IMG/VR virus record: IMGVR_UViG_3300047440_000118
Location: 1-62,483 of that record
Strand: one strand, 5' to 3'
From: a virus
Taxonomy: Duplodnaviria; Caudoviricetes
Length of the DNA: 62,483 nt
This document shows positions 47,549-57,105 of the stretch, in pieces. Position numbers and translations under genes: made by a program. Every line of letters starts with the position of its first letter. Position 1 is the stretch's first letter. The notes beneath the pieces were generated by a model. It was not told the DNA's origin. It worked only from the letters and a program-made list of their open reading frames with translations, and made no database searches.

Positions 47549-49422
47549 CTCCGTTGCCGCATCGCCGCGCGCTGTGCCGCCAACCGGGCGGCGTTCTTGC
47601 CGGCGAGGAAGGTGTTCAACTGATTGTCGTTGTAGAGCTTGATCTGGTCAACGATGGAGACACGCCGCCGGGCGAGGTCGGCGTCACGGGTTCTTCGCAT
47701 CTGCAACAGAGGCCGCCGCGCCCGTTCCTCCCAACAGCGAACCGCCAGCGCCAGCGCCATCACGCGATCGTCCTTGCCCGCGCCCTCGGCGGCGATGTCG
47801 TCCCCCTCGCGAGCAATGGCGCGCATCTCCTCCAACGTCGAGAACGAACGAATCCGCAGCAAGCCGGATGAGGTCACGTCGCGGAGGCGTTCGAGAATGG
47901 CGACCTTTAGTTGCGATTGCGTCTTAAACTGGAACATCTGCCCCGGATGCTGGCTGTCCGAGCGGGTGTAGAGGTAGTTGCGCACGTTGGCATGGATCGA
48001 CAGCAACCCGCGATCGGCGAGGCGGTTGCCGAAGTAGCCGGTGGCGATCTTCATCTTCAACTGTTGCAACTCCCGCCACGTCGCCTCGCCGGGACCGTTG
48101 ATCTCGACGATGCGGTAGACCTGTGAGGAATGCCCGGCATACCATCCCTCGATCGCCGCCTGCACCCAGGCGAGTTGTTGCGTGTTGATCAGCGGCCAGG
48201 CGTATTCGGCGACCTGATCCAAGCCGTCCGAGAAGCAGCGCAGAACCTGGATCGCCGAGCGGTCGGAGCGTTCGGAGTGGCCGTAGGCCGGGTCGCACGC
48301 CACCACATAGATCGAGTCCTCGACGGGCGGTTCCCAGACCTTCAACTGCCCATGCCGCCAGTGCCTGGTCTCATCGACGGTCAGATCGGCGAAGTCGAAG
48401 CCGGGATAAAAGGCGTAAGCGGTGAACTTGTTCGAGGCGTTGGTGTTCGTCTGCGTCGTTAGCACCTCGGATTGAAAGAACGTGGCGCCGCTCTGCTGCC
48501 AGGCTTGTTCTTCCGTCCACGGTTGGTTCTGAATCCGCGTCGGATCGTTGGACCGATCTTCATTGTCCGCGTCCGACCCGCGCATTTCCTTTCTGATCCA
48601 CGCGAGTTGTTCCGGCGTGATCTCGTGACCGTAAAGCGCCTTCACCTGTTTGATGTTGTCGCGTTCTTCATCGGTCAGGGGTTCGGCGGTGTAGCGCGCG
48701 AAGTCGGGATCGTCGCGTTCGATGACCTGTCCCTGGTGCGCCCACCAGCCGATGAACACGCAGATGCAGTCTGGGTCTTCTTTGCCTTCCTCCCAGATGT
48801 CATGCCACAAATTATATCCGCGCGCCGTGCTCTCATCGATGAAAAGTCGGTTCGGATTGACCCGTGAGAGGGTGTGGCGGAAGTTCTCCAACGCCTCGGG
48901 ATCGCCATAACCGCACAACTCGCTGCGGTGGACCATCGTGATGCCGGAACCGGACCCGAGACCGCCGCTGGCCTTGGTTTTGCCGACGCCGGCCGACAGC
49001 AGGTTGATGCGCGAACCGCCGGCAAGCGTCAGTGAGTAGCGATTGTCGCGAACCTTGCGCGGGAACTCGTATTCGGCCGGGAATTTCTGCAACATATCGA
49101 TGAGTTCAAGCCGCGCCTCGTCCAAATGCGCCGTGGTATCGAACAAAAGCGCCGATGTTAACTCGAAAATCCCATTCCAGTAGAGGGATGTTGCCCGCAC
49201 GATCGTCGAGACGCCAAGCTGGCGGGACTTGAGGAATTTGAACGAGTGTATATCGCGTCCCAACCCCTCGAAAACCGTTTCGATGACGATTTTTTGCGAG
49301 TTGAGCAGGTTTTCGCCGAGGATAATATATCCTTGGTCTTTGCTCTTAACCCACGTCCGATTGAGATGGGCGTAAAACGCCTGTTTATGGCGTTCGGCGA
49401 ACTCTGGTGTCCATCCGGCCAC
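47533..49422 (-). CDS. terL: terminase large subunit
   Basis: KSRQLGVST Walker A, DESTARG, nuclease motifs CDPAYG and DDRVMALAL. Confidence 0.92.
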   Translation of the reverse strand: MAGWTPEFAERHKQAFYAHLNRTWVKSKDQGYIILGENLLNSQKIVIETVFEGLGRDIHSFKFLKSRQLGVSTIVRATSLYWNGIFELTSALLFDTTAHLDEARLELIDMLQKFPAEYEFPRKVRDNRYSLTLAGGSRINLLSAGVGKTKASGGLGSGSGITMVHRSELCGYGDPEALENFRHTLSRVNPNRLFIDESTARGYNLWHDIWEEGKEDPDCICVFIGWWAHQGQVIERDDPDFARYTAEPLTDEERDNIKQVKALYGHEITPEQLAWIRKEMRGSDADNEDRSNDPTRIQNQPWTEEQAWQQSGATFFQSEVLTTQTNTNASNKFTAYAFYPGFDFADLTVDETRHWRHGQLKVWEPPVEDSIYVVACDPAYGHSERSDRSAIQVLRCFSDGLDQVAEYAWPLINTQQLAWVQAAIEGWYAGHSSQVYRIVEINGPGEATWRELQQLKMKIATGYFGNRLADRGLLSIHANVRNYLYTRSDSQHPGQMFQFKTQSQLKVAILERLRDVTSSGLLRIRSFSTLEEMRAIAREGDDIAAEGAGKDDRVMALALAVRCWEERARRPLLQMRRTRDADLARRRVSIVDQIKLYNDNQLNTFLAGKNAARLAAQRAAMRQRRWGSR

Positions 49423-49425
49423 GAT

Positions 49426-49707
49426 TCACATCATCCGCATCGGCGGGGAATACAAGATTACCATCTTATAGTCCTTATCAGGACACGGAAACAGCGCGAT
49501 GACGTTACCCTCAAGCATGGCGAACGATGTTGGCGTTCCACGCAATGAATACGGTGGCTGCTTTTTTTCTCTGACTTCCACCCATTCGGCGGGAGAGATA
49601 TTGTGAACTTCAACCTCATATGAAGTTCCCGGAATCCTGATGTAGCATCGATGGATTGTGCCAACGTCCTTCACGGTATAGGTGTCCTTGCCCGGTTCAA
49701 GGATCAT
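49426..49707 (-). CDS. small protein resembling an adaptor beta-domain
   Basis: GTPTSFA...IALFPCPDKDYKMVILY; AT-rich. Confidence 0.45.
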   Translation of the reverse strand: MILEPGKDTYTVKDVGTIHRCYIRIPGTSYEVEVHNISPAEWVEVREKKQPPYSLRGTPTSFAMLEGNVIALFPCPDKDYKMVILYSPPMRMM

Positions 49708-49979
49708 CGCCTTCCCCCGAACCCCGCCATCGGTCCATTGCGTGACTCTTCATCGGCCAGCGCGTCGAGCGCCATCTTGGCCTTTGTTGAAACGAGGCTC
49801 CAAAAGACGGCAGGCGATGCCTCCGGATCGAGGATCAGCAGCGTGACCGGCTCGCTTTCACCGGGCGGCACCAACGCGAAGCAGCCGGCGAACCCGTTGG
49901 CGGCGTTCAGCGTGACCTTGGCGGACAGGTCATCGAGGGTGCGCGCGGCCTGCGAGGCGCGAGATGTGGTCTCACTCAT
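49704..49979 (-). CDS. hypothetical protein
   Basis: Coupled in operon. Confidence 0.55.
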   Translation of the reverse strand: MSETTSRASQAARTLDDLSAKVTLNAANGFAGCFALVPPGESEPVTLLILDPEASPAVFWSLVSTKAKMALDALADEESRNGPMAGFGGRR

Positions 49980-50193
49980 CGGCCACATACCGATGGCTAT
50001 ACTGACCCACGATGTTCTCCCTGACAAACGTCCCAACGCTCCACGACTTCGCGGCCTTCTCGGCGACGTCGGCCGGAACGCCCGCGTAGCTGCTGAATCT
50101 GCCACTTTTCCATTTTACATATAAGGTTCCATCGGAAAACCCCAGAGAGTCCACGTTGCTGCTGGTAACCTGAATCATGTCAGGGATTGGCAT
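49972..50193 (-). CDS. KTSC domain protein
   Basis: VTSSNVDSLGF...LYVKWKSG..YAGVP...SVGTF. Confidence 0.85.
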   Translation of the reverse strand: MPIPDMIQVTSSNVDSLGFSDGTLYVKWKSGRFSSYAGVPADVAEKAAKSWSVGTFVRENIVGQYSHRYVADE

Positions 50194-50752
50194 GTTGATC
50201 TCCGTGGAGTTTGGCTTTGCGCTTCAAATAAGCCCTCTGTTCCGTTAATCTGACGCGATCCTTGTTTCTGATCCTCCAAATCTTCATGCGCTCAGTGGCG
50301 GCGCTTCGATTTTTCTCCCTGTTTTCGTGCTGATATGCCAAATGACACGTCTTGCATTTCCTTCCGCGCTTTGTGAAATAGATATTGTCAGGGGTATATT
50401 CGTGACCTTTGGGGCAGAAGGTTTTACTGGCGTTTAGCCACGGTCCACCATCAGGTTGAAAGCCGTTTTCCATCGGGGTGCAAAGCACCAAATGATCCGG
50501 GTTCACGCACTTCTTATTGCGACAAACTCGATGGTCGATCTGCATTCCCTCCGGGATCGGGCCGACGTGCATCTTATAGGACAGGCGGTGGGCAAGGATA
50601 TTTTTGTTGTTGACCCTAAGACTGCCATATCCCTGGCCGATCTTGTATCCCTTACCTTGGATCGATCCGATCCAATTCCAGCATCCGCTAATGGGGTTCA
50701 TTTCCACAAACCGCCAAAACCGTTCCTCTGGCGTTCCATGCTTGCCGGTCAT
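50180..50752 (-). CDS. HNH homing endonuclease-like protein
   Basis: CWNWIG, YG, AHRLSY, IDH.CRNKKCVNPDHL, CPKGHEY...CKTC; AT-rich. Confidence 0.9.
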   Translation of the reverse strand: MTGKHGTPEERFWRFVEMNPISGCWNWIGSIQGKGYKIGQGYGSLRVNNKNILAHRLSYKMHVGPIPEGMQIDHRVCRNKKCVNPDHLVLCTPMENGFQPDGGPWLNASKTFCPKGHEYTPDNIYFTKRGRKCKTCHLAYQHENREKNRSAATERMKIWRIRNKDRVRLTEQRAYLKRKAKLHGDQHANP

Positions 50753-50764
50753 CTCAGATCCATG

Positions 50765-52192
50765 TCAGGAAGTGCCATCGACCACCCTCCTCAGTTCCTC
50801 AACCATAGCCGCGAAAACGGGCTTCCACGAAAGATCATCGCCTTGCCGCCAGATGCGCGTGTTCGCATACCACAGCGGCGTCTCTCCCGTCGTGCCGATG
50901 CGCCAATCACGGCCACGTTTCGACGCGGCCACCCAACACGGCAGATCGAGCGCGCCCGCGAGGTGAGCGACAAAGCTTTCTATGGTCACGACTAAATCCA
51001 TCCGGCGAAGTATGCCGGCGGTGTCGGATGCGTCACGAATGTAAGGACTGAGGTCCACCATCATCGCCGCGCAACAGGCGTCGTGCATCTCCTTCGCTCG
51101 CGGCCCGACCTGCACGGACCACAGCCGCACCCTCGGCACCTCAAGCAGCGGAAGGAACTCCGTCACCGGAATGGAGCGGTGCTTGTCGATCTCGTTGGCC
51201 GGCGCGCCGGCCCAGGCGATGGCGATGTTGAACGTGCCGGGTTCGAACTCAAGCCGCGAGCCGACCGTGCCACCGGCGAACGCCTCGGCATCGAGACCGT
51301 CGAACCGCCTGATCTGATCGTCGCTCAAGCCGAGTGCGACCGGCAACGACATAATCGGGCACCAGGCATCGGCGCGAGGAAGCGCGGCATCGTGCATCAC
51401 CACCTCGACATTCGCGTATGACGCGAGTGCACCACGCATTATCACAAGCAATTCAGGCGGCATCATCACGATGACCCGATCGGCGATATCGGCGGCGTCC
51501 GGAATGAAGCGGGCGAACGAGAGGCTATCTCCGAGTCCTTGATCCGGCACGATCATCAGAGTCCCCACCTTGCCGCCGTCCCATCGTGGATACGGCATGT
51601 TGGCGAACTTCTGGAGTCGATAAGGGAAACGCGCCTCAAATAGCTTGAGTCCCTCGGCATACCGCCCATCGAACAGCAGCGCGAACGCGAGCCCCATCTC
51701 GGTCAGCACATCGGGGAACAACTCGAAGCCGCGCCGGGCATTCTCCACAACCCCGCGCTGCAACCCCTGATGCGATTGAATGAGCGAGAGGTTGGTGAAC
51801 GCGAAAGCCACCCCCTGAGTCCCGCCAAGCGCCTCGGTGCCCACCCGCTCCCACAACCGGATCGCCTCATCGGTCACCCGAAACGCCTCGTCATACCGGC
51901 CATCGTTCATCAGCGAATGGCCAAGGTTCACCAGAAACTTGTGCCGCAGCGCGACGTTCAGATCGCCAGGCCCGTCGCCCTCGGTGCAGCGAAGTCCGGC
52001 CTTGCACGCGGCGATGGCGGCCGGTTCGTTGCCCATGTCGCGGGCCTGGATGGCGAGCAACAGCCACGCGTCGGCGCACCCCGGATCGGCGGTGACGGCG
52101 GCGACTGTCGAACGATACGCCATGACCGGATCAGCGGCCTTGATCGTGACCGCGTGGTTGTGAAACGCGAGCGCGGTGCCGCGATCAGCCAT
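50765..52192 (-). CDS. TPR-repeat GT-B (GT9-like) glycosyltransferase
   Basis: N-terminal TPR-like helices; DQGLGDSLSFARF, MSLP, IAWAG, DLVVTIESFVAHLAGAL, DWR, PLWY. Confidence 0.85.
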   Translation of the reverse strand: MADRGTALAFHNHAVTIKAADPVMAYRSTVAAVTADPGCADAWLLLAIQARDMGNEPAAIAACKAGLRCTEGDGPGDLNVALRHKFLVNLGHSLMNDGRYDEAFRVTDEAIRLWERVGTEALGGTQGVAFAFTNLSLIQSHQGLQRGVVENARRGFELFPDVLTEMGLAFALLFDGRYAEGLKLFEARFPYRLQKFANMPYPRWDGGKVGTLMIVPDQGLGDSLSFARFIPDAADIADRVIVMMPPELLVIMRGALASYANVEVVMHDAALPRADAWCPIMSLPVALGLSDDQIRRFDGLDAEAFAGGTVGSRLEFEPGTFNIAIAWAGAPANEIDKHRSIPVTEFLPLLEVPRVRLWSVQVGPRAKEMHDACCAAMMVDLSPYIRDASDTAGILRRMDLVVTIESFVAHLAGALDLPCWVAASKRGRDWRIGTTGETPLWYANTRIWRQGDDLSWKPVFAAMVEELRRVVDGTS

Positions 52193-52562
52193 GTCCGATC
52201 CCACTTCCCCACATCAACAAGGTCGCACCAAAGCACAGCGCCGCGAACACCAGAGAGAAAACCGCGATCAGGGCAAGCAACGTCATGTAGTAATCAGCCA
52301 TCCGAACCACCGATTGTTTCGGGTTGGGAACTTGGGGTCTCAGAGGCTGCTAAGCGTCCCTGAGCAGGGTCATCGGCCGTTAGCGGCCTCACAGACGCCG
52401 GTCGCGACGCACCCGAAACATACGGATGGCGGTCTGTGCAGATGGTGATGGAGAACTGCCGCGCGCCAGATGTGCCGATGGCGGGGGAACGGCGGTGAAT
52501 CCACTCTCGCGTCGAAGCGCGGAACGATGCCGGGTTTCCGGCCAGACAATGAACGCAACTCA

Positions 52563-52862
52563 TCAACCGACTCCGTCCACAAGATCAATGGCTTGTGCGT
52601 GGCCCGCGATCGCCTGTTCTCTCGTGCTGTAGCGTTGCTGAAACTCGTCGTGAACGCCTCCGAAGATCATGGTCTCGAACAACATCGGCGGCCCGCCACC
52701 AAAGGCGTGATCCAAACCAAGGAACACGGTGGATACCCGCACGGCACCGATCGTGTCGTTCGCGACCGTTCTATCCGCCGTCTCGAACCATTTACCCCAT
52801 CGAAGAAGATTTTCCTCCGGAACGGGATTTCCATTGGCGTCCAGGATGTATTTCTCGCTCAT
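52563..52862 (-). CDS. conserved phage hypothetical protein
   Basis: VSTVFLGLDH...LFETMIFGG motif. Confidence 0.7.
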   Translation of the reverse strand: MSEKYILDANGNPVPEENLLRWGKWFETADRTVANDTIGAVRVSTVFLGLDHAFGGGPPMLFETMIFGGVHDEFQQRYSTREQAIAGHAQAIDLVDGVG

Positions 52863-53305
52863 CGCAATCCATGCTCCCGACGCAAGCGCGCCACTTCCTC
52901 GGGTTTGTCGGTCAGATCGCCCGCCTCCTTCACGCCGACCATGATCGCGGGCGGCATCCGGTGCCCATCGCGGGTATCGCGCCACATATGCAGAACATAA
53001 GGGTGATTGGAGATGTAGGTGCTTTCGGGCGGGTGGAACTGCACGACCGTTTCCTCCGGCTCCCAGAACAGCGACTTAACGAAACACATCTCCGGCCAGT
53101 TCGGGCAACGGTTCGGTAGCGAGACGGAGACATGCTCGAACCCGTCCGTCTCGGGTTCATCGGCACCAGACGCCATGATCCGCAGGGGCGCACCGTTCGG
53201 CCCGGTGACCTCGAACGCGCCATAAGGCCCATACGAATCATCGGAGCCATAACGGCCTTCACGTATCCGGCCGGCGGACAGCTTCGGATGCAACACCGCC
53301 CTCAT
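52859..53305 (-). CDS. conserved phage hypothetical protein
   Basis: EHVSVS..RCPNWPEMCFVKSLFW...QFHPP...NHPYVLHMW motif. Confidence 0.7.
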   Translation of the reverse strand: MRAVLHPKLSAGRIREGRYGSDDSYGPYGAFEVTGPNGAPLRIMASGADEPETDGFEHVSVSLPNRCPNWPEMCFVKSLFWEPEETVVQFHPPESTYISNHPYVLHMWRDTRDGHRMPPAIMVGVKEAGDLTDKPEEVARLRREHGLR

Positions 53306-53461
53306 CGCTTGCCCTCCCGCGCGCACTCGTTCGGATCGTATTTGGAACGGAACAGCTTCAGGAGCCACAAACCACGGGCATCGCCCATTGTCGGGCGCTG
53401 ATCGTGGAGTTTCTTCGCCCGCCGCGCCTCCAACGTCAGCCGACGCGATCGACGGGCGGGG

Positions 53462-53902
53462 TCAACCCCCGACACGACGGCGATCCCCACCGAAGTCGCG
53501 GAACGGGTTGTGAGAGGGACATTCCACGTGGATCTGTGCCGCCGTCAACTGCTTCTCCAGATCATCAATCATCGCATCGCGATCCTTGAGAAGCTCATTC
53601 GCTTCCTCGGCGGTCAGTCGGATCGCGACCTCACGTTCAAGATCAGCGATGTAGGCACCCGTCGCCAGCATCGCCGTCTTGCACACCGCGAGTTCGGTCA
53701 CCGCCGCGCGCCGCTCGAGGCAGCGTTCGTCGATCAGCCGGTCACGACCGACGACCATATCGAACAACCGCTTGTTCAAGGCGATCAAGGTATCACGCTC
53801 GCGGCGGGCCTCGTTCAGCGCCTCGATCGGCACCCATTGCAGAACGACCGGATGGTCGGACCCGGACGCGGTATCGAACGTGCAAATCACCTTGTCGCCC
53901 AT
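53462..53902 (-). CDS. coiled-coil hypothetical protein
   Basis: GGAG RBS; helical. Confidence 0.5.
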   Translation of the reverse strand: MGDKVICTFDTASGSDHPVVLQWVPIEALNEARRERDTLIALNKRLFDMVVGRDRLIDERCLERRAAVTELAVCKTAMLATGAYIADLEREVAIRLTAEEANELLKDRDAMIDDLEKQLTAAQIHVECPSHNPFRDFGGDRRRVGG

Positions 53903-54147
53903 GGCTTGCTCCACACATTATATATATGTCACTCAGCGGGATCGCCGCGCAGGAAGGTGTCGAAGTCTCGCGCCCATCCCAGAACATCCGAAACCTTCCA
54001 CGGCCCATTGCGCGACGCGACGGGATGAGTTTGACCGCCAACTCCAACGCGATGCGACGCGGGTGTTCACCTCGGGACGGGCGTCAAACATCGCGATCTT
54101 GGCTTGCTGCTCCCAGGTCAGCGGGCCTCCCATCTGACCAATGTCGC

Positions 54148-54411
54148 TCATGCCGCCGGCTTCGGATCATCAGCCGACCGAGCGGCGGATGAAAGCGGAG
54201 AAACAACGGGCTTCACCGGAGCGGCGATCGAAGGCGTGGCCGGAGGAACCGGTTTCGTTGCCTCATCGTGGCGCGGCGAATCGCTGCGCGGATCCACCAC
54301 CTTCGCCAACTCGGCGCGCAAAGCGGCGATCTCGGCGGTGAAGTGGGCGAAGATCGCCTCGAACGGCTCAGGGGAGCCATGCCAGGGACGCCGACCGGAG
54401 GATTGCGACAT
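54148..54411 (-). CDS. hypothetical protein
   Basis: AAGGAG upstream of ATG. Confidence 0.45.
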   Translation of the reverse strand: MSQSSGRRPWHGSPEPFEAIFAHFTAEIAALRAELAKVVDPRSDSPRHDEATKPVPPATPSIAAPVKPVVSPLSSAARSADDPKPAA

Positions 54412-54588
54412 TTTCCATAACTCCTTGACCAGAAAACGGAACGTGACAGGATTATCCGGTTTTGGCGAGAGGCAACCGCCAGACCGACTCATTTCGTGAC
54501 CGTGCGACATTTACTCAGGTAATTAGACCGAGAAGGCGAACGAAATATATGCAAAGTTCCGCTTAAACACTCAAAAAATGCGATGGGG

Positions 54589-55518
54589 CTAGACACGATT
54601 GCCGCCGGAACGATCCACTTCCCTCGCGCGCGGCAACCGACGCGGAGATGGAACCGACCCAGACCTATCCAGCAAGTGGCGGACGGAAGAAGCGTGCCAC
54701 CTGGTTCCGCCACGAGGCGTCCTCTCCCCCATCTTCTCCAACATCGCCGCGATTTCCGTGAACGTCCTGTCTGGTCCGCTCAACAACATCCCTCGAACCA
54801 ACCCAACCAACCGCTCCGAATTGGACGCGGGCATCGCCCGACCCAACAACAACTCCGACGCCAACCCCTCCCGAACCAACAACCTCACCGAACGTCGCAA
54901 CCGCTCAACCGACCATCCCCCACCATCCTCATTCAACGCCCGAGCCACGTCACCCCACGTCGTCGTTGGACGCAGTCTCTGGACGGTCGGTAGCCACGCC
55001 TTGCTCCCATCAACAACTCGCCCGGTCAACGTCGCCGACCGAGACGCCTGGACCTTGGCGATCTCGTCGGCATCACGCGAGCGCAAGCCGGGATTGCCTC
55101 CGACTCGACCTTGAGACCGAGCAACCCGCAACCCGACCCGAGTCCGCTCAGCAATCAAAGAACGCTCCAACTGAGCCACGGCGCCCAACACCTGCAACGT
55201 GAACATCCCTTGCGCCGTGCTGGTGTCCACTGGATCACGCAAGCTGCGAAAGAAACACCCGCGCTTGCGTAAGTCCTCGATCACAGCCAGCAAATGAACA
55301 ACCGACCTCGCCAACCGATCCAACCGAACCACGACCAATGTTTCCCCACGAACCATCCCCTTCAACAACTTCGCCAACACCGGACGACCGGCATCGCCGC
55401 CACTCGCCTTCTCCTCCAGGATCACGACACACCCAGCCGCCCGCAAATCCTCAACCTGACCATCCATCTCCTGATCAACGGTCGAAACCCGAGCATACCC
55501 TATGAAACGTCCCGCCAT
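54589..55518 (-). CDS. serine recombinase (resolvase/invertase family) with extended C-terminal DNA-binding region
   Basis: IGYARVST, EKASG, RLDRLARS, AQLERSLIAERT...G. Confidence 0.93.
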   Translation of the reverse strand: MAGRFIGYARVSTVDQEMDGQVEDLRAAGCVVILEEKASGGDAGRPVLAKLLKGMVRGETLVVVRLDRLARSVVHLLAVIEDLRKRGCFFRSLRDPVDTSTAQGMFTLQVLGAVAQLERSLIAERTRVGLRVARSQGRVGGNPGLRSRDADEIAKVQASRSATLTGRVVDGSKAWLPTVQRLRPTTTWGDVARALNEDGGGWSVERLRRSVRLLVREGLASELLLGRAMPASNSERLVGLVRGMLLSGPDRTFTEIAAMLEKMGERTPRGGTRWHASSVRHLLDRSGSVPSPRRLPRAREVDRSGGNRV

Positions 55519-55916
55519 CCTCGTTGCTCCCAACTCAACACAAAACGTCCGTTTGGAGGTCCATCATAGATTGTCGGTTTCGGGATGCAACAGAGAACCG
55601 GGAAATTCTGGATTTTCTTTGGGGGAAGAAAGGGTGTGCGTGCCACGGTTCCAGCCCATCGCCGTCCCGGTGCCGCGCGGCCGAGCCGCGAGCCTGCCGC
55701 GAGGCGGGTTCGGGGCGCAGGCATAGGAAAGCGGTGGAAGTCCGAGAGATACAGTTCAATACACGACATCAATCGCCCGATTTATATCGCGTCCAATACT
55801 CAAGCCGTTGATATTGCTCACTCAACCGCGTGGCCTGTGAGGCGAGGTCGAATAGACTCGCCAGATCGACGCAGACGCGCCAAATACCGGGTATGAGGGC
55901 GTCCGCCAGAGCCGAG

Positions 55917-56363
55917 ATGACTGCCGACGATGCTGGCGCACACATCGCGCATCGCATTTACCAGCGCGTAGAACGAATGCCCGCGCGAAAACGTATGGTG
56001 GCGGCTACCGATTTATCCAACCGGCCAAAACCTCGCGCCACGCTGTGCCGGCGTGCGATGTCATGGTGTTTGCCATGGTCGATATTCTCGTATCCGGGCC
56101 ACTTGCGAGGGATACGAGCAATTCTCGGGCATGAGGTGCCAAATTCGACCGCGCATTGGTGGAAGGATCGCGATCGATTGCCGGTTTGGGCGGCTGAGCG
56201 ATTGCTCTGGTATATTGGTGCCAGGTGCGCTGTTGGATTGACGTTGTGTAACGAGCTTCGCGCTTACATCGCGGCGCGGGAAGCGGAACCGCCATCAAAG
56301 ACGGGCGCGCACCTGAAAGGCTGGGGTGGTCGCAAGCGGCCTCGGCCTGAGTTACCGGAGTAG
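55917..56363 (+). CDS. hypothetical protein, possible HTH
   Basis: IRAILG...STAHWW...RLPVWAAERL; start uncertain. Confidence 0.4.
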   Translation: MTADDAGAHIAHRIYQRVERMPARKRMVAATDLSNRPKPRATLCRRAMSWCLPWSIFSYPGHLRGIRAILGHEVPNSTAHWWKDRDRLPVWAAERLLWYIGARCAVGLTLCNELRAYIAAREAEPPSKTGAHLKGWGGRKRPRPELPE

Positions 56364-56515
56364 CGGGTTCATGGTCGCGTCTATACAGGTGCGAGCCTCA
56401 GCCGGCATGTCCGTCTGTGCTGTGTCGCGGTTCCGTTCGCGGCTTACGGTGCTCGCGCATTTTCAACGCGCTGCGCTCCGTTCCGTTATCGTCTATACGT
56501 TTGGCGTTGTGCTTA

Positions 56516-56888
56516 GCGCATATACGAGATCGAATGTCGATAGCGTATAGTCAGAGTCGCGTCATCTCACGCCAACATGAAACGACGCGATGACATGAAC
56601 CATCAGCCGAACAACGGTTGATCGAACGGGTTTTCATCGGTTGCCGCGCGTTGCTCCGATTCGCGTCTGCGCTCGATGTCCTCAAGCAGTATATGCGTGA
56701 GCGTTTCGCCCGTTTTCCGCGACATTTCGCGCGCATATACGAGCGTGTCGTTCGGCACGCGAATGGCGATTTGCGTTGTGTGTTTGGTTCGGTTTCGATT
56801 GCTCATGATGAGCGCATATACCAATGGATCGCGCTAAAGCGTGTATGCGTTTATCGCATGGCGTGTATGCGCTATTGTGCATATACGA
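56516..56888. repeat. cluster of seven GCATAYAC motifs in both orientations
   Basis: Copies near 56516, 56689(rc), 56731, 56812, 56839(rc), 56861(rc), 56877. Confidence 0.6.
56603..56806 (-). CDS. ribbon-helix-helix DNA-binding protein
   Basis: TQIAIRVPNDTLVYAREMSRKTGETLTHILLEDI; ends QPLFG. Confidence 0.6.
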   Translation of the reverse strand: MSNRNRTKHTTQIAIRVPNDTLVYAREMSRKTGETLTHILLEDIERRRESEQRAATDENPFDQPLFG

Positions 56889-56958
56889 TTAACCGGTTTT
56901 CTGCGCATTCTCTCTTTACCGGACGCGATGAGGCGACGGGGGATGCGGGAGACGCGGG

Positions 56959-57105
56959 ATGGATTTTCTTTCTGACGCTGATTATCTGCGCTCATGCGCG
57001 CGGCTTGGGATCACGCCATCATCCGACGACTACGACGAATATCGCGCCGAGATATGGCAGGCGGTCGAGGACGATCGCGAAGACGGCGATGGAGACGCGA
57101 GATGA
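56959..57105 (+). CDS. small acidic early protein
   Basis: GGAG RBS; MDFLSDADYL...EDDREDGDGDAR; ATGA-coupled to next gene. Confidence 0.6.
   Translation: MDFLSDADYLRSCARLGITPSSDDYDEYRAEIWQAVEDDREDGDGDAR

Noticed and set aside
54589-55518. Resolvase as a tail-fibre invertase or part of a transposon
   Set aside because: Far from tail genes; no flanking inverted repeats or transposase seen
49426-56363. Terminase small subunit
   Set aside because: No ORF could be assigned from motifs
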